57,294 bases of DNA from a virus (taxonomy: Duplodnaviria > Caudoviricetes): the IMG/VR virus record IMGVR_UViG_3300025108_000056, positions 1 through 57,294 of that record. One strand, 5' to 3'. Position numbers and translations under genes: made by a program. Shown one piece after another: positions 21,233-30,554 of the stretch (the first letter of the stretch is position 1; each line of letters opens with the position of its first letter). The notes beneath the pieces are model-generated. The model searched no databases, was not told where the DNA came from, and saw only the letters and a program-made list of their open reading frames with translations.

Positions 21233-22885
21233 ATGGCACTAGGTAAGAATCTCTCAACAGGTCGAGCAGACGCTGCTCAGAACACTGTGATGAAGAAGAT
21301 TCGTAAGCCACGCTTTGTCGATAACGCTGTACGCCACGCCCAATACACCAAAGTAAAGGCTGGCTTTGCGGCTAATAAGCCTACTAAGACGGACTTCATA
21401 CCTACACCTGAGCGCAGATACAAACTCATCGAAGAAGAAGATACCATCCGTTTACTTCACAATCCGACAGACAGTATGACCTATGAAGGTTCATTGTTTT
21501 ATGACGGTGACAAAGTGACCACTACTAGCACTTTGCCTGCGCTGGCTGTTGGTAGTGAGAACCATACCCAAGCGCTGGTTATGTCCGAAATCAAGACATC
21601 AACTAAGGGTAACAGGTACGGAATAGAGAACTTGAAGGGCAGAAAGTTACATGATGTAGGCTTTACTGACAAAACTATCCGTTTTGCTCAGAAAGTAGGC
21701 GTGGGTTTGCGAACTTCTGACCTAGCAATTAAGTTAGGGAATACTTCACAGAGTTCAATCAACGGTTTAAGAGTGAAAAGACCAAGCGGTACATTCGTTG
21801 CTCAAGATTTCTATGGCATCGACTCACTCACCGCCATCAGATTCTTGGCCAAGCATGACTTTTACTCACCAAGAAGTGACAGATTCGGTAATCTGGTCTA
21901 CTCCCCTCAAACTCAGATAGAAAGAGAGCATCTTTTGACTGAAAACAGGGTCTCTGGAGGCACATCAGAGAACAATAATAGTGCTTTACCCAACAGAGTA
22001 GTAGTTAGAGGTAAATCTAGGGCTAACAATGATAAAAATGTTGTACAAGTAGACGATTTTGGCACACAAGGTGATTCTGTTAACGAAGTACCCGGTGGTA
22101 TTTACGCACCTACTGCCTTAACTAAAGCCAGTGCTAGAAGAATAGGCCAAAACATGCTTAGGATGTCAAAAAAGGCTAACGATTCTAAAATGTTAGTAGA
22201 TGTTTTGGAAGGCTCTCATATACAACCCGGAGATTTAGTCAGTTATCAATCAAGAACCGACAATAACAAACAAATTGTGTTGAGTGGTAATTATGATTTA
22301 ATAAATCGTAAATCTAACTTACATATCAACTCAGTAGACGGTACTTTAGAAGATGTGTTGCAGAAATTCCAAGAAGTCGACATTAGTAATACTGCTGATG
22401 ATGATTTTGACCGAAATAGGCAATTCAGCGTAGAAGAATTTAGTACTGCTTTCGGTTTCAAAGTCAAAATTAGTTGGGAGATAGCAGAAAGAGTCGATAA
22501 CAACAGAGGTGTAGGATTCAACCTTGGTCAGCCCAACAGAGACACTATACATGGGGGTCGTGTACTCCAAAGTACGGGTGTCTTGATTGACAACAGTGGT
22601 GGCCATGCTATAGGCACGACCTCGTTTACAGTAGACGGAGTAAGCGCCACTTCTGTATTTGCTACTGACAACCAACCAGTCTACACATCTAGCGGTAACA
22701 AATTAGGTCATATTCATCTAGCCGGAGTGGGGGCAAATACTGTTGTCATCAAATCAAGAAGTGTTCACTCGGTACTGGACAACGAAGAACTACTGATAAG
22801 GTCAGATACTGTTCCAGAATCAAAGAACGCTCATCTCAAGTTGGGCACAGTACAAAGTAGATACTTGAAAAACAGGAGAGGTTGA
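21233..22885 (+). CDS. Putative baseplate hub/tail-tip protein
   Basis: Segments SDRFGNLVYSP, LPNRVVVRG, ARRIGQNMLR and IQPGDLVSY resemble hub/late-control-D-type tail proteins. Located in the tail module. Confidence 0.5.
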   Translation: MALGKNLSTGRADAAQNTVMKKIRKPRFVDNAVRHAQYTKVKAGFAANKPTKTDFIPTPERRYKLIEEEDTIRLLHNPTDSMTYEGSLFYDGDKVTTTSTLPALAVGSENHTQALVMSEIKTSTKGNRYGIENLKGRKLHDVGFTDKTIRFAQKVGVGLRTSDLAIKLGNTSQSSINGLRVKRPSGTFVAQDFYGIDSLTAIRFLAKHDFYSPRSDRFGNLVYSPQTQIEREHLLTENRVSGGTSENNNSALPNRVVVRGKSRANNDKNVVQVDDFGTQGDSVNEVPGGIYAPTALTKASARRIGQNMLRMSKKANDSKMLVDVLEGSHIQPGDLVSYQSRTDNNKQIVLSGNYDLINRKSNLHINSVDGTLEDVLQKFQEVDISNTADDDFDRNRQFSVEEFSTAFGFKVKISWEIAERVDNNRGVGFNLGQPNRDTIHGGRVLQSTGVLIDNSGGHAIGTTSFTVDGVSATSVFATDNQPVYTSSGNKLGHIHLAGVGANTVVIKSRSVHSVLDNEELLIRSDTVPESKNAHLKLGTVQSRYLKNRRG

Positions 22886-22886
22886 T

Positions 22887-23243
22887 ATGCCATTATTAGA
22901 TGAAGGAACTAGATTTTTGATAGATACACTTAGAGCAAGAATTAACGAAGTGGTGTTCGGCTTTGACGGTACTGTTGCTACTCAGCAAGACGGCGGCATA
23001 GGTAGACCAGCAGTCGTCGTCAAACCAGATGTCAAAGTAATAGACGACAACACCTTGTCAGTCGAAGCAAAACTGTCATTAGATGTTAGTTTTACGCTAC
23101 CTTTGAGAGAGGTAGTTATCAGGTACAAGAATCCGAGCGATGATACGGATACTACTGACTTCTGTAGATACACTTACAACTCAATTGAAAAGACTAGTAA
23201 TAATGAAATAAAATTCACAGCAATTATCGAGGTGGGACAATGA
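22887..23243 (+). CDS. Small tail/baseplate protein (tail-collar-like)
   Basis: 118 aa, translationally coupled within the tail module; VFGFDG...LREVVI...IEKTSNNEIKF pattern. Confidence 0.4.
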   Translation: MPLLDEGTRFLIDTLRARINEVVFGFDGTVATQQDGGIGRPAVVVKPDVKVIDDNTLSVEAKLSLDVSFTLPLREVVIRYKNPSDDTDTTDFCRYTYNSIEKTSNNEIKFTAIIEVGQ

Positions 23244-24418
23244 CTAATCCAAAGGCAGGGCATACAAGCGCAACAGGTTACGGGGCTAATTCACAAGGAC
23301 TCAGAGACGGAGACGGGCTTACTAGTCCTAGTCTTACTAATTTATACGAAGGGCTACACGGCAATGGTATCTTGAGACTAAGCGATGGTGCTAAAGGTCA
23401 TTCGCTTAGAAACAGCGTGGTATCTGGTACTCCCGGTTACATCACAGCAGGTAACGCGGGCTTGATTACAGTCAACGGAGGTTACTGCAAAATAGATGGC
23501 ATCATGTATAAGTTTGCAGGAGGTCCATCGAGCACTGTCAGTTTTACTGTCAAAACAGACTCCAACTTTTCTGGCGATTTACCAAGCAATCCATCTTCTA
23601 ACTCAGAAGTATTCGTTGTAATATATTTGGTAGGTAACGGTTCACCCAAAGACAATGTCATGTACGAAATGGGTACACCAGTTGTAGCGTCAGAAGGCAC
23701 TCCCTTGATACCTAACCGATTCTTGTCTGACCCTAGTATAACAGCCAACACCGATTCTAATCACCAAAGTACAGTTTTAGCAGTGCTTAGGTATACGATA
23801 AGTACTAGTGGTGTCTTAGGTAATGACCCAATCATCTTTGACCGTAGAACATTTTTGGATAACACTGTTAACTTTTTAACACCTATGACAAAGGCAGAGA
23901 ATGGCAACATAGTTTATCCCGCTAATTCTATCAATTCCGCTGCTAACTTAGACGGTTTCTTCACCTCACCAGAAAACGGAGATTTTGCTGGTAGCACCTT
24001 TGGCGCTATATGGCAGAGTCACACTGCTGATGTAGCGGGTAATCGACATGGGCTGATATACGCAGCAAATCCAAGAAATCTACAAGCCACTCCTTCGACA
24101 GATACCCATGTATTAGGGCCAAATAGATTAGAAGTAGTGACGACCAGTGCGGATGTCACATTCAACTTTGACCAAGGTAATATATGGATAGTTACCACTG
24201 ACGCTGCTAGAAAAATAAACCCTACAGGTGATTTTCCAAGAGGTCATGTTGTCGAAGTGTATCATAAGGCTGGAAGCCATACTCTACATTTTGATTCTAC
24301 TAGCGGTGGGCACAGTAGCGGTACTAAAATAAATGTCAATGTAGCAATCAATCAGTATGCTAAGTTTGTCTATGACGGTGCTGATTGGCATAAACTAGAC
24401 TTGCATACGGTGAGTTGA
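23240..24418 (+). CDS. Putative tail fibre/receptor-binding protein
   Basis: ITVNGGYCKIDG baseplate-attachment-like N-terminal part; beta-rich C-terminus ending AKFVYDGADWHK, typical of fibre tips. Confidence 0.5.
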   Translation: MTNPKAGHTSATGYGANSQGLRDGDGLTSPSLTNLYEGLHGNGILRLSDGAKGHSLRNSVVSGTPGYITAGNAGLITVNGGYCKIDGIMYKFAGGPSSTVSFTVKTDSNFSGDLPSNPSSNSEVFVVIYLVGNGSPKDNVMYEMGTPVVASEGTPLIPNRFLSDPSITANTDSNHQSTVLAVLRYTISTSGVLGNDPIIFDRRTFLDNTVNFLTPMTKAENGNIVYPANSINSAANLDGFFTSPENGDFAGSTFGAIWQSHTADVAGNRHGLIYAANPRNLQATPSTDTHVLGPNRLEVVTTSADVTFNFDQGNIWIVTTDAARKINPTGDFPRGHVVEVYHKAGSHTLHFDSTSGGHSSGTKINVNVAINQYAKFVYDGADWHKLDLHTVS

Positions 24419-24675
24419 TGGGTAGACTAATTGACATGCTCAAGCAAAGATGCGAAAACTGTAATCGCATCTCTCTACCGTTGTCGATATCAGGTTGTTA
24501 TGTATCAGGCGAGCCCGTAGTCTTACACCAGTGTTCTTTCTGCGACTACATACGCTTTCACGGACAACTTGGATTCAAGGGTGTCCGTAAGCGCAAGGCC
24601 GAGCCCGTATCAAGAAGGGCTGGCGGTAGACTTTCCCGTTATCTCAGACAAATGGCTGAGAAGTTAGGAAGGTAA
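24415..24675 (+). CDS. Small Zn-ribbon protein with basic tail
   Basis: CENC...CSFC motifs; Arg/Lys-rich C-terminus; last gene before the strand switch. Confidence 0.55.
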   Translation: MMGRLIDMLKQRCENCNRISLPLSISGCYVSGEPVVLHQCSFCDYIRFHGQLGFKGVRKRKAEPVSRRAGGRLSRYLRQMAEKLGR

Positions 24676-24677
24676 GT

Positions 24678-25154
24678 TTATTCCGACAAACTTCTCAGTA
24701 GTTCCATTCTTTCATGAGTTGTTTGGGAAATTATACCTCCGCCCACACCATTTCCAGAAAGCATGTATTGAGGGTGTTCTCTACATAAATTTAGCAAAGT
24801 AAGCATAGCACTTACTCCCGCTTCGGTGCAATCTTCTTGATGATTAGCGACAATAGAGTTTATCATATAATAAGTATTTTCACTAAAAAATGCACCTGCT
24901 GTTTCTATATAGTCATATAATAACTCTGGACTTTCAACCATCATATTTAGAGAAACATTACCTTCTCCATCTTCCTCAGTTTCATTTTCAAAAATAGATA
25001 ACTTATGCCTAAATAGATATTCTTGACACATTTCTATAAAGTCGTCTAATTGACGCATTTGTTGTGTTATCACAGGTTCGTTAAAACCAAATATTGGTTG
25101 TTCATAATCAGGATGTACTCCCTCGCTCTTTTCTGTTATGGGTTCTTTCGCCAT
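24678..25154 (-). CDS. Hypothetical acidic protein
   Basis: 158-aa ORF, visibly AT-rich, convergent with the structural module, with its own TATA box. Confidence 0.6.
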   Translation of the reverse strand: MAKEPITEKSEGVHPDYEQPIFGFNEPVITQQMRQLDDFIEMCQEYLFRHKLSIFENETEEDGEGNVSLNMMVESPELLYDYIETAGAFFSENTYYMINSIVANHQEDCTEAGVSAMLTLLNLCREHPQYMLSGNGVGGGIISQTTHERMELLRSLSE

Positions 25155-25175
25155 AAGTTTTGGTATACCATACTA

Positions 25176-25183
25176 TACTTAAA
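25176..25183 (-). promoter_or_regulatory. Archaeal TATA box for a leaderless transcript of 24678..25154
   Basis: TTTAAGTA on the minus strand, 22-29 nt upstream of the ATG, with no ribosome site in between. Confidence 0.5.
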
Positions 25184-25226
25184 CTAATTGAGGAATCCTC
25201 ATCAGAAAGCGAGTGCATTTGAGTGG

Positions 25227-25322
25227 TCACTCTTCCTCTTCTTTTCCACGGAGGCACGCTAAGCAGTATCTAAATCCTCGGTGGGCTAGATTGAAACAAC
25301 CTCTTTTTGAGCATAGTCTCAT
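25227..25322 (-). CDS. 31-aa Cys-rich microprotein (not in ORF track)
   Basis: Manual translation MRLCSKRGCFNLAHRGFRYCLACLRGKEEEE; preceded by the GAGGAATAAATATG junction. Confidence 0.55.
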   Translation of the reverse strand: MRLCSKRGCFNLAHRGFRYCLACLRGKEEEE

Positions 25323-25324
25323 AT

Positions 25325-25840
25325 TTATTCCTCTTCTATTTCTATAAGCCCAACGCCTAGCCACTCACCTATAGTTCGCTGTTCTTTATTTTTTATTGCA
25401 GCAGCGTGTCCTAAACTACCCGGTAGAAAGGACAAAAGATTTCCTAATTCAAAAAAACAACCTTTGGCGTAGCCCAAACTTTCACCAAGCCACTTACCAC
25501 TATCTATTTCATCATGTATTTTTTCCATTCTCCACTCTAAAATTGCGACCAAAGATTTTGGACAGTTTTTTATTTCTGTGGCACTAAAAAACGCATTGTG
25601 GGCTAATGCTTCTTTGTTCTTTTCATAGAACTTTTTTGACTTCTCAGCGGCTAACTGTTGCTTTAGTTTGTAATCCTTCCTTTCTTTCATTTCTTTTACT
25701 GCATTTTGAACATGCTCTTTAGAAATCAATGATTTCAGACTTTTGTTAAAAAATAAAAAGTCTTCTATTTCCTCCTTAGTCGCTGGAGGTATTTCGTGCT
25801 CGTCACTCAAGTCACTCACCACGCTTGCCGATGATATCAT
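25325..25840 (-). CDS. Hypothetical protein with C-terminal PIP-box-like motif
   Basis: QRTIGEWL near the C-terminus; the true start may be the TTG at 25810. Confidence 0.55.
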   Translation of the reverse strand: MISSASVVSDLSDEHEIPPATKEEIEDFLFFNKSLKSLISKEHVQNAVKEMKERKDYKLKQQLAAEKSKKFYEKNKEALAHNAFFSATEIKNCPKSLVAILEWRMEKIHDEIDSGKWLGESLGYAKGCFFELGNLLSFLPGSLGHAAAIKNKEQRTIGEWLGVGLIEIEEE

Positions 25841-27308
25841 CTATGCGTAGTATACTGATTGTAACTTCACTGGCCGATTGAATAGCCTGCTTGACTAAAT
25901 CAAGTGGCTCGAATACATCTTGTTCTTTCATCGAACAAGCACCGCCGTTTTCTATATCTGGACCGCTATCAGTGTTACCCGCCTTATGTTCATTTCTTAG
26001 TGTCAGTATAGTGTCAAGTGGGTCATGACCTGCATTCTCAGCAATGGTAGCCGGTATTGACTCCAATGCGTCAGCAAATGCGTCGATAGCCATCTGCTCT
26101 CTACCACCTGCTTCCGCAGCCCTTGAGCGTAAATGCAATGCTGCATTAAGGTAAGCAGAGCCGCCTCCATAGACAACCGAATCACTGTTGTAAGCCAAAC
26201 AGACTACGCCTAGAGCATCTTCAAAGCCACGCTCAGTCTCGTCGAGAGTTTGTTTGGTAGCGCCTCTTAGTATAAGCGTAGTGACTTCTCCTTCACCCTT
26301 AACTACGACATATTTCATATCACCAATGGTCTTACACTCTGCGTCGCATTTTACCGCCTCTTGTAGGTCTTCTGTGGTATGAGCAATAGTGGTGTTGAGT
26401 AACTTGGCTAATGCTGTCATGTCACTTTCAGGTATTCTGTGCACCATGGATATGTTATGCTTGGCTAATGTAGCCCCTACAACTTCATGGACAGTGTCTC
26501 TAACAAACACTACGCCTCCCTCTGGGAGAAGGTTAGTTATGGCATTGGCCTTGTCTACCCATTGCTCTCTACCCGATTGTCGCTTGTATTGCTGATATTC
26601 AGCAGCAGAGCCAAGATTCAATTGAACATTATCATCGCTTTTGATATCACTCAGACCAGTGTTGATTAGTAAAGCCTGACCATTTGGTAGGGTAGGCATA
26701 GCAGGTAACATGAACTCTTTGTGTAAAACTACACCGCTAAAGCAAGACGAGTCATCTAGGCTACCGCCCGGCTGACATAGAACTCTGATTCTTTCAAAGT
26801 CACCTGCTGCTTTCTTGACTGCTTCTACACATAATCCACTAACATGCTCTACGCTAGATTCTAACGCTTTGCCTGTAATAGAAGTCTTTGCTACATTACT
26901 GAGATGCTTAGACCCTTTGAAAGCCAGTGATTGTATGTGGTCAGTTGCCCACTTGGAGGCTTTCCTGTAACCACGACAAATGATATTGGCATGAAGCCCC
27001 TTGTTAAACAGAAGTTCACTGTTACCTAGTAGTTCTCCGGCCAATACTACCGTACTGGTTGTTCCGTCGTAACAGATGTTCTCTTGTGTATTAGCCGCTT
27101 CGACTACCATTTTAGCCGCAGGATGACTGATGTCTAACTCTTGTAGAATAGTGGCACCGTCGTTAGTAACTATTACATTACCACCGGCATCTACCATCAT
27201 CTTGTCCATACCCATCGGGCCAAGTGTTGTCTTGACCGTCATTACGGCTCTTTTTGCTGCTCTTATATTATGCACTACTGCGCTTGTGTTGCTCTCGTTT
27301 TCGTTCAT
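25812..27308 (-). CDS. ths: Group II chaperonin (thermosome subunit)
   Basis: TTLGPMGMDKM, VTNDGATIL, DGTTSTVVLAGELL, GGGSA and ILRIDDII motifs; start MNENES at 27308. Confidence 0.95.
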   Translation of the reverse strand: MNENESNTSAVVHNIRAAKRAVMTVKTTLGPMGMDKMMVDAGGNVIVTNDGATILQELDISHPAAKMVVEAANTQENICYDGTTSTVVLAGELLGNSELLFNKGLHANIICRGYRKASKWATDHIQSLAFKGSKHLSNVAKTSITGKALESSVEHVSGLCVEAVKKAAGDFERIRVLCQPGGSLDDSSCFSGVVLHKEFMLPAMPTLPNGQALLINTGLSDIKSDDNVQLNLGSAAEYQQYKRQSGREQWVDKANAITNLLPEGGVVFVRDTVHEVVGATLAKHNISMVHRIPESDMTALAKLLNTTIAHTTEDLQEAVKCDAECKTIGDMKYVVVKGEGEVTTLILRGATKQTLDETERGFEDALGVVCLAYNSDSVVYGGGSAYLNAALHLRSRAAEAGGREQMAIDAFADALESIPATIAENAGHDPLDTILTLRNEHKAGNTDSGPDIENGGACSMKEQDVFEPLDLVKQAIQSASEVTISILRIDDIIGKRGE

Positions 27309-27432
27309 TATTTTCCCTCTCAAAATATTCTTCCAATATGGAATCTATACAGGAAGTACATACTCTATGTTTAGAGCATCTAATCCCTGACCAATTATCT
27401 CTTTCGCATACTTCGCAGACTATCATTGACAT
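27268..27432 (-). CDS. 54-aa Zn-finger microprotein (not in ORF track)
   Basis: Manual translation MSMIVCEVCERDNWSGIRCSKHRVCTSCIDSILEEYF...; TAATG coupling to the upstream gene. Confidence 0.55.
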   Translation of the reverse strand: MSMIVCEVCERDNWSGIRCSKHRVCTSCIDSILEEYFERENNERKREQHKRSSA

Positions 27433-28037
27433 TACCAGTCCACCTCGTATTCTTTGACATCCCCCGTTTTTCTACATCTCGCCTTTACGAAACCTTCTTC
27501 CATACCATGTTTCCAAAGTTCGTATACTAGTTCAGCGTCTTTCAAGCAATATTCAGCGACTTTGCTATAATTACCCTTGCGCCACTCTATCGGGGCATCG
27601 TGACTGTTCATAAGTTTACCTTTGTTCAAAGTGTGATAACAGGTATCTGATAAGGGCACTGCGTGACCCACTATACTTTTCAGCAAAACAGATGTATCAA
27701 AAACCTGCTCGGTGGATTTTTTCATTATCTCACCAACAGTGTAACAATCAAGTGCATCTCTGATAATAGGTAAGTCAAAGTTTTTCAAATTATGACCTAG
27801 TACCATACCGCCTTCGCTGACATGCTTGGCTAAGTCGTCTCCTATTATCTCAGGATGCATTTTTTTGACTACAGTACCTTCTGGTAAGTATTTAGAAACC
27901 GACTCGTTGGCATATACCACGCCTTGATTTCCATCCCATGTGGCTACTACAGTAGGCTCGAATAAATGCGTCTGACCAAAGCCACCTATATCGTGGCTAA
28001 AGTTAGCAGTTTCTATGTCGAGCGCTAGCATCTTCAT
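27432..28037 (-). CDS. DEDD-family (RNase H-like) 3'-5' exonuclease
   Basis: ExoI LDIET, ExoII GHNLKNFD, ExoIII YCLKDA. Confidence 0.85.
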   Translation of the reverse strand: MKMLALDIETANFSHDIGGFGQTHLFEPTVVATWDGNQGVVYANESVSKYLPEGTVVKKMHPEIIGDDLAKHVSEGGMVLGHNLKNFDLPIIRDALDCYTVGEIMKKSTEQVFDTSVLLKSIVGHAVPLSDTCYHTLNKGKLMNSHDAPIEWRKGNYSKVAEYCLKDAELVYELWKHGMEEGFVKARCRKTGDVKEYEVDW

Positions 28038-28177
28038 CAGTTATCCCCCGACATACAAGACAGGCACCAATCGCAGACAGCAATCCTCTTCTTACCCTTG
28101 TGACCCATGAAATAGCCTCCGATATTATCACCTAATACACTTTCGCAGCATATACATTCTATATCCCAGAAACTCAT
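28037..28177 (-). CDS. 46-aa Zn-finger microprotein (not in ORF track)
   Basis: Manual translation MSFWDIECICCESVLGDNIGGYFMGHKGKKRIAVCDWCLSCMSGDN; overlaps both neighbours (ATGA and TGATG). Confidence 0.55.
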   Translation of the reverse strand: MSFWDIECICCESVLGDNIGGYFMGHKGKKRIAVCDWCLSCMSGDN

Positions 28178-29607
28178 GAGTTACCACCTTTCGGTTGCTT
28201 GACATCTTTGTTTAGCCTAATAAATATCCTCGCCCCTTCACGAGTATCTTTGAATATTTCTTTGCCATATAATTTGAATTTGTCATTGATAGAAGCATGA
28301 CTACTGTAGTTTGCTATCTTACCAAAGTTGTCCATAACCTCTTTCTTCTTAGCCCATCCGTGACCTCTAGTGTCGTCAAAGTCAAACTTGTCTGCTTGAC
28401 CGAATGCACTAATCCAGTAACCTTCCATCTTCTTCTTTTCACTAGCACCGGCACCGATGTTTATTTCAGACTCTAGCCATTGAATCAAGTTACCGTACAA
28501 GTCTAAAAGTATTTCTTTAGCCATGTCAATGTGGTCGCCTCTGACTACCCATGTTCCTTCAATCATCGCCATATGATGTGCTAGTACATTGGTGTAGTTC
28601 TGTAGACCCATGATAAAGGAAGAACATATACCCTGTTTATCGGGACTCATTACTTCTACTGCGCTGTAATAATCATCAATGGCTGACATAAGTGCTGGTA
28701 CATAGGCTTCGTCTGGTTGGAACATTAAATGTTTCAAGTTACCCACTACTACATCTTGGTCTTCCTCTGACATCTCATCCCACTCTAGTGGTGCAATATC
28801 AGATAGTTCCAGTACTCTTCTTTTCAGTTTACGCTTCATGTCCTCAAAGAAAGTTACGACCTCTTCAAAAGATACAGTGTATGTCGGTATGTTGTAAACA
28901 GCCTCCGCTAGTAATTGATTAATGTCTTTCTTCATTTCAAGAGTCCAGTGTCTCCAGTATGTCAATACACGCTGAAAAATACCTTTGTCAAGTACATGCT
29001 CCTTGATACCTTTCGGAGGGTATGTAGTAATCCATAGAGATACCTCAGATTTGACACTGAATGTGTCTCTTGCCATGTGCTTAGTAAGTATGTTACGACC
29101 AGTACCTGCTGAATTTAGCGCCGATTGCAGGAATAGAGTGGTATTTTCATTGTGTTGACCGGACTTCAAGATTACGCTACCCTCGTCAAAGTTAAGTCCT
29201 TTTCTACCAGCCAATATACCCGGCCTTTCTACAAGCGGAGCATCTCTTACTGGACCGTCAAATTCAGGGTCAGGGATTAGTGTACCAACTAAAGCAGCAT
29301 CGTTACCAGAGTTGTAATCTTCGCTTTTCATCCCAGATTCTTTTAGCACTCTTTCTATGATTTGGTATGCTGCTGACTTACCTGTCCTAGTATCTTGAAT
29401 CCAGAATATACTAACTCTTGGGTCAAGGTTACTACCACCGACAGGTATTCTGACATAAGGTACTGCTGCTTGGCCCAGTATGAAAAAGAAAGATATTAAC
29501 CCCGGTATCTCATTATTCTTGCTCACTTGGTTAAAATGCTCAAGATACCCTTTCAGTATAGGGTATTGTTTCACGCAATCATATTTATCTGCTCTGTGTT
29601 CCATCAT
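28174..29607 (-). CDS. Divergent MCM-like AAA+ helicase/ATPase
   Basis: Walker A DTRTGKS; LVERPGILAGRKGLNFDE resembles the MCM GALVLA...IDE Walker B region; IFQR arginine finger; VRGDHIDMAKEIL lid. No obvious N-terminal Zn/OB domain. Confidence 0.6.
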   Translation of the reverse strand: MMEHRADKYDCVKQYPILKGYLEHFNQVSKNNEIPGLISFFFILGQAAVPYVRIPVGGSNLDPRVSIFWIQDTRTGKSAAYQIIERVLKESGMKSEDYNSGNDAALVGTLIPDPEFDGPVRDAPLVERPGILAGRKGLNFDEGSVILKSGQHNENTTLFLQSALNSAGTGRNILTKHMARDTFSVKSEVSLWITTYPPKGIKEHVLDKGIFQRVLTYWRHWTLEMKKDINQLLAEAVYNIPTYTVSFEEVVTFFEDMKRKLKRRVLELSDIAPLEWDEMSEEDQDVVVGNLKHLMFQPDEAYVPALMSAIDDYYSAVEVMSPDKQGICSSFIMGLQNYTNVLAHHMAMIEGTWVVRGDHIDMAKEILLDLYGNLIQWLESEINIGAGASEKKKMEGYWISAFGQADKFDFDDTRGHGWAKKKEVMDNFGKIANYSSHASINDKFKLYGKEIFKDTREGARIFIRLNKDVKQPKGGNS

Positions 29608-30319
29608 TTCCTTTCCCTCTCTTGTTGTATGTTTTCTGAATCCTAATCGGTTCTTCGGATGTCAGTACATTTAGCAATCTTTGTCGCAGAGTTGTTCCTA
29701 ACCCTCTCACTTGTTTAAGTGATTCGGGAAACAACATCTCTTCAATAGACCCGCATTTTTCAAGTAATTTATCCACTAAATCTGGACCAAAGCCCGGTAT
29801 CGTAACAAGCATATCTGCTCGTACATCATTAGTGCTCACTCTCGTTATTGCTTTTGCACCATGCTTACTAGCAGGTTTGTTCATTTTAGCATGTAACTTG
29901 GCTATGAAAATACCTGCCTCGGTGTAATCCTTTGCTCGATAAATATGACAATCGAAATCTGCTGTAAGTCTGGCAAATATCCCTAGCATCATGTCTAAGA
30001 CTTTTGGATAACTGGTAGGTCTACCTTGGTTTTTACACATTGCTACATACTTAGCAATGTCACCGTGTACAAGTAGAACAACTCTGTCGCAGTTAGCGTC
30101 TAAGTTTTCTATTTGTCTCTGTAGATGACCCTTAAATGTAGATTGAATCAAATCGGATATACTTTTGCACTCTATATGAGCATTACCTGCTTTGTAATCA
30201 CCCATGCCCTGCAAATGCTCTTTCTTTACTGAGAAGCCTTCTCTTTCGGCGGCACGAATAACAGCATCATGAAGAGGTCCTCTTTCATTAGTGTCGATTA
30301 TTAGAGGAGATTTACTCAT
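29585..30319 (-). CDS. ERCC4/XPF-family structure-specific nuclease with HhH
   Basis: IIDTNE, GDY, IECKSISDL; C-terminal IPGFG...VRGLG helix-hairpin-helix. Confidence 0.88.
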   Translation of the reverse strand: MSKSPLIIDTNERGPLHDAVIRAAEREGFSVKKEHLQGMGDYKAGNAHIECKSISDLIQSTFKGHLQRQIENLDANCDRVVLLVHGDIAKYVAMCKNQGRPTSYPKVLDMMLGIFARLTADFDCHIYRAKDYTEAGIFIAKLHAKMNKPASKHGAKAITRVSTNDVRADMLVTIPGFGPDLVDKLLEKCGSIEEMLFPESLKQVRGLGTTLRQRLLNVLTSEEPIRIQKTYNKRGKGNDGTQSR

Positions 30320-30554
30320 AGCCTTTCCTCCTACATAATGCACATTTGTCTATGTTCCTATCAAACCGAACACCATTACACAGCCGACCACTTTTGATAA
30401 TCCGTGTGCATAGCAGATTTCTTGGAACTAGTTTTTTGTACCTACAGACTTGGCAGATAATAACTGGGTCTTCGATAGATTCGTATCTATCTCTCATACT
30501 TTTGGTGGCTCTGACACGCTTTTCACAAATCTCACAATAGTGCAATGTCATCAC
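30312..30554 (-). CDS. Cys-rich Zn-finger protein
   Basis: CEIC, CQVC, C...C and CALC motifs. Confidence 0.6.
   Translation of the reverse strand: MMTLHYCEICEKRVRATKSMRDRYESIEDPVIICQVCRYKKLVPRNLLCTRIIKSGRLCNGVRFDRNIDKCALCRRKGYE

Noticed and set aside
1293-23751. Numerous short ORFs antisense to or overlapping the structural genes (and plus-strand ORFs over the minus-strand genes)
   Set aside because: Shadow frames of long coding genes, with no ribosome sites or motifs.
1-24675. Diversity-generating retroelement acting on tail genes
   Set aside because: No reverse transcriptase and no template/variable repeat pair with adenine-specific mismatches seen; the LamG domains are similar only at protein level.
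25155-25226. tRNA or structured ncRNA in the intergenic gap
   Set aside because: No cloverleaf or T-loop consensus; only a short GAGGAATCCTC hairpin and a TATA box.
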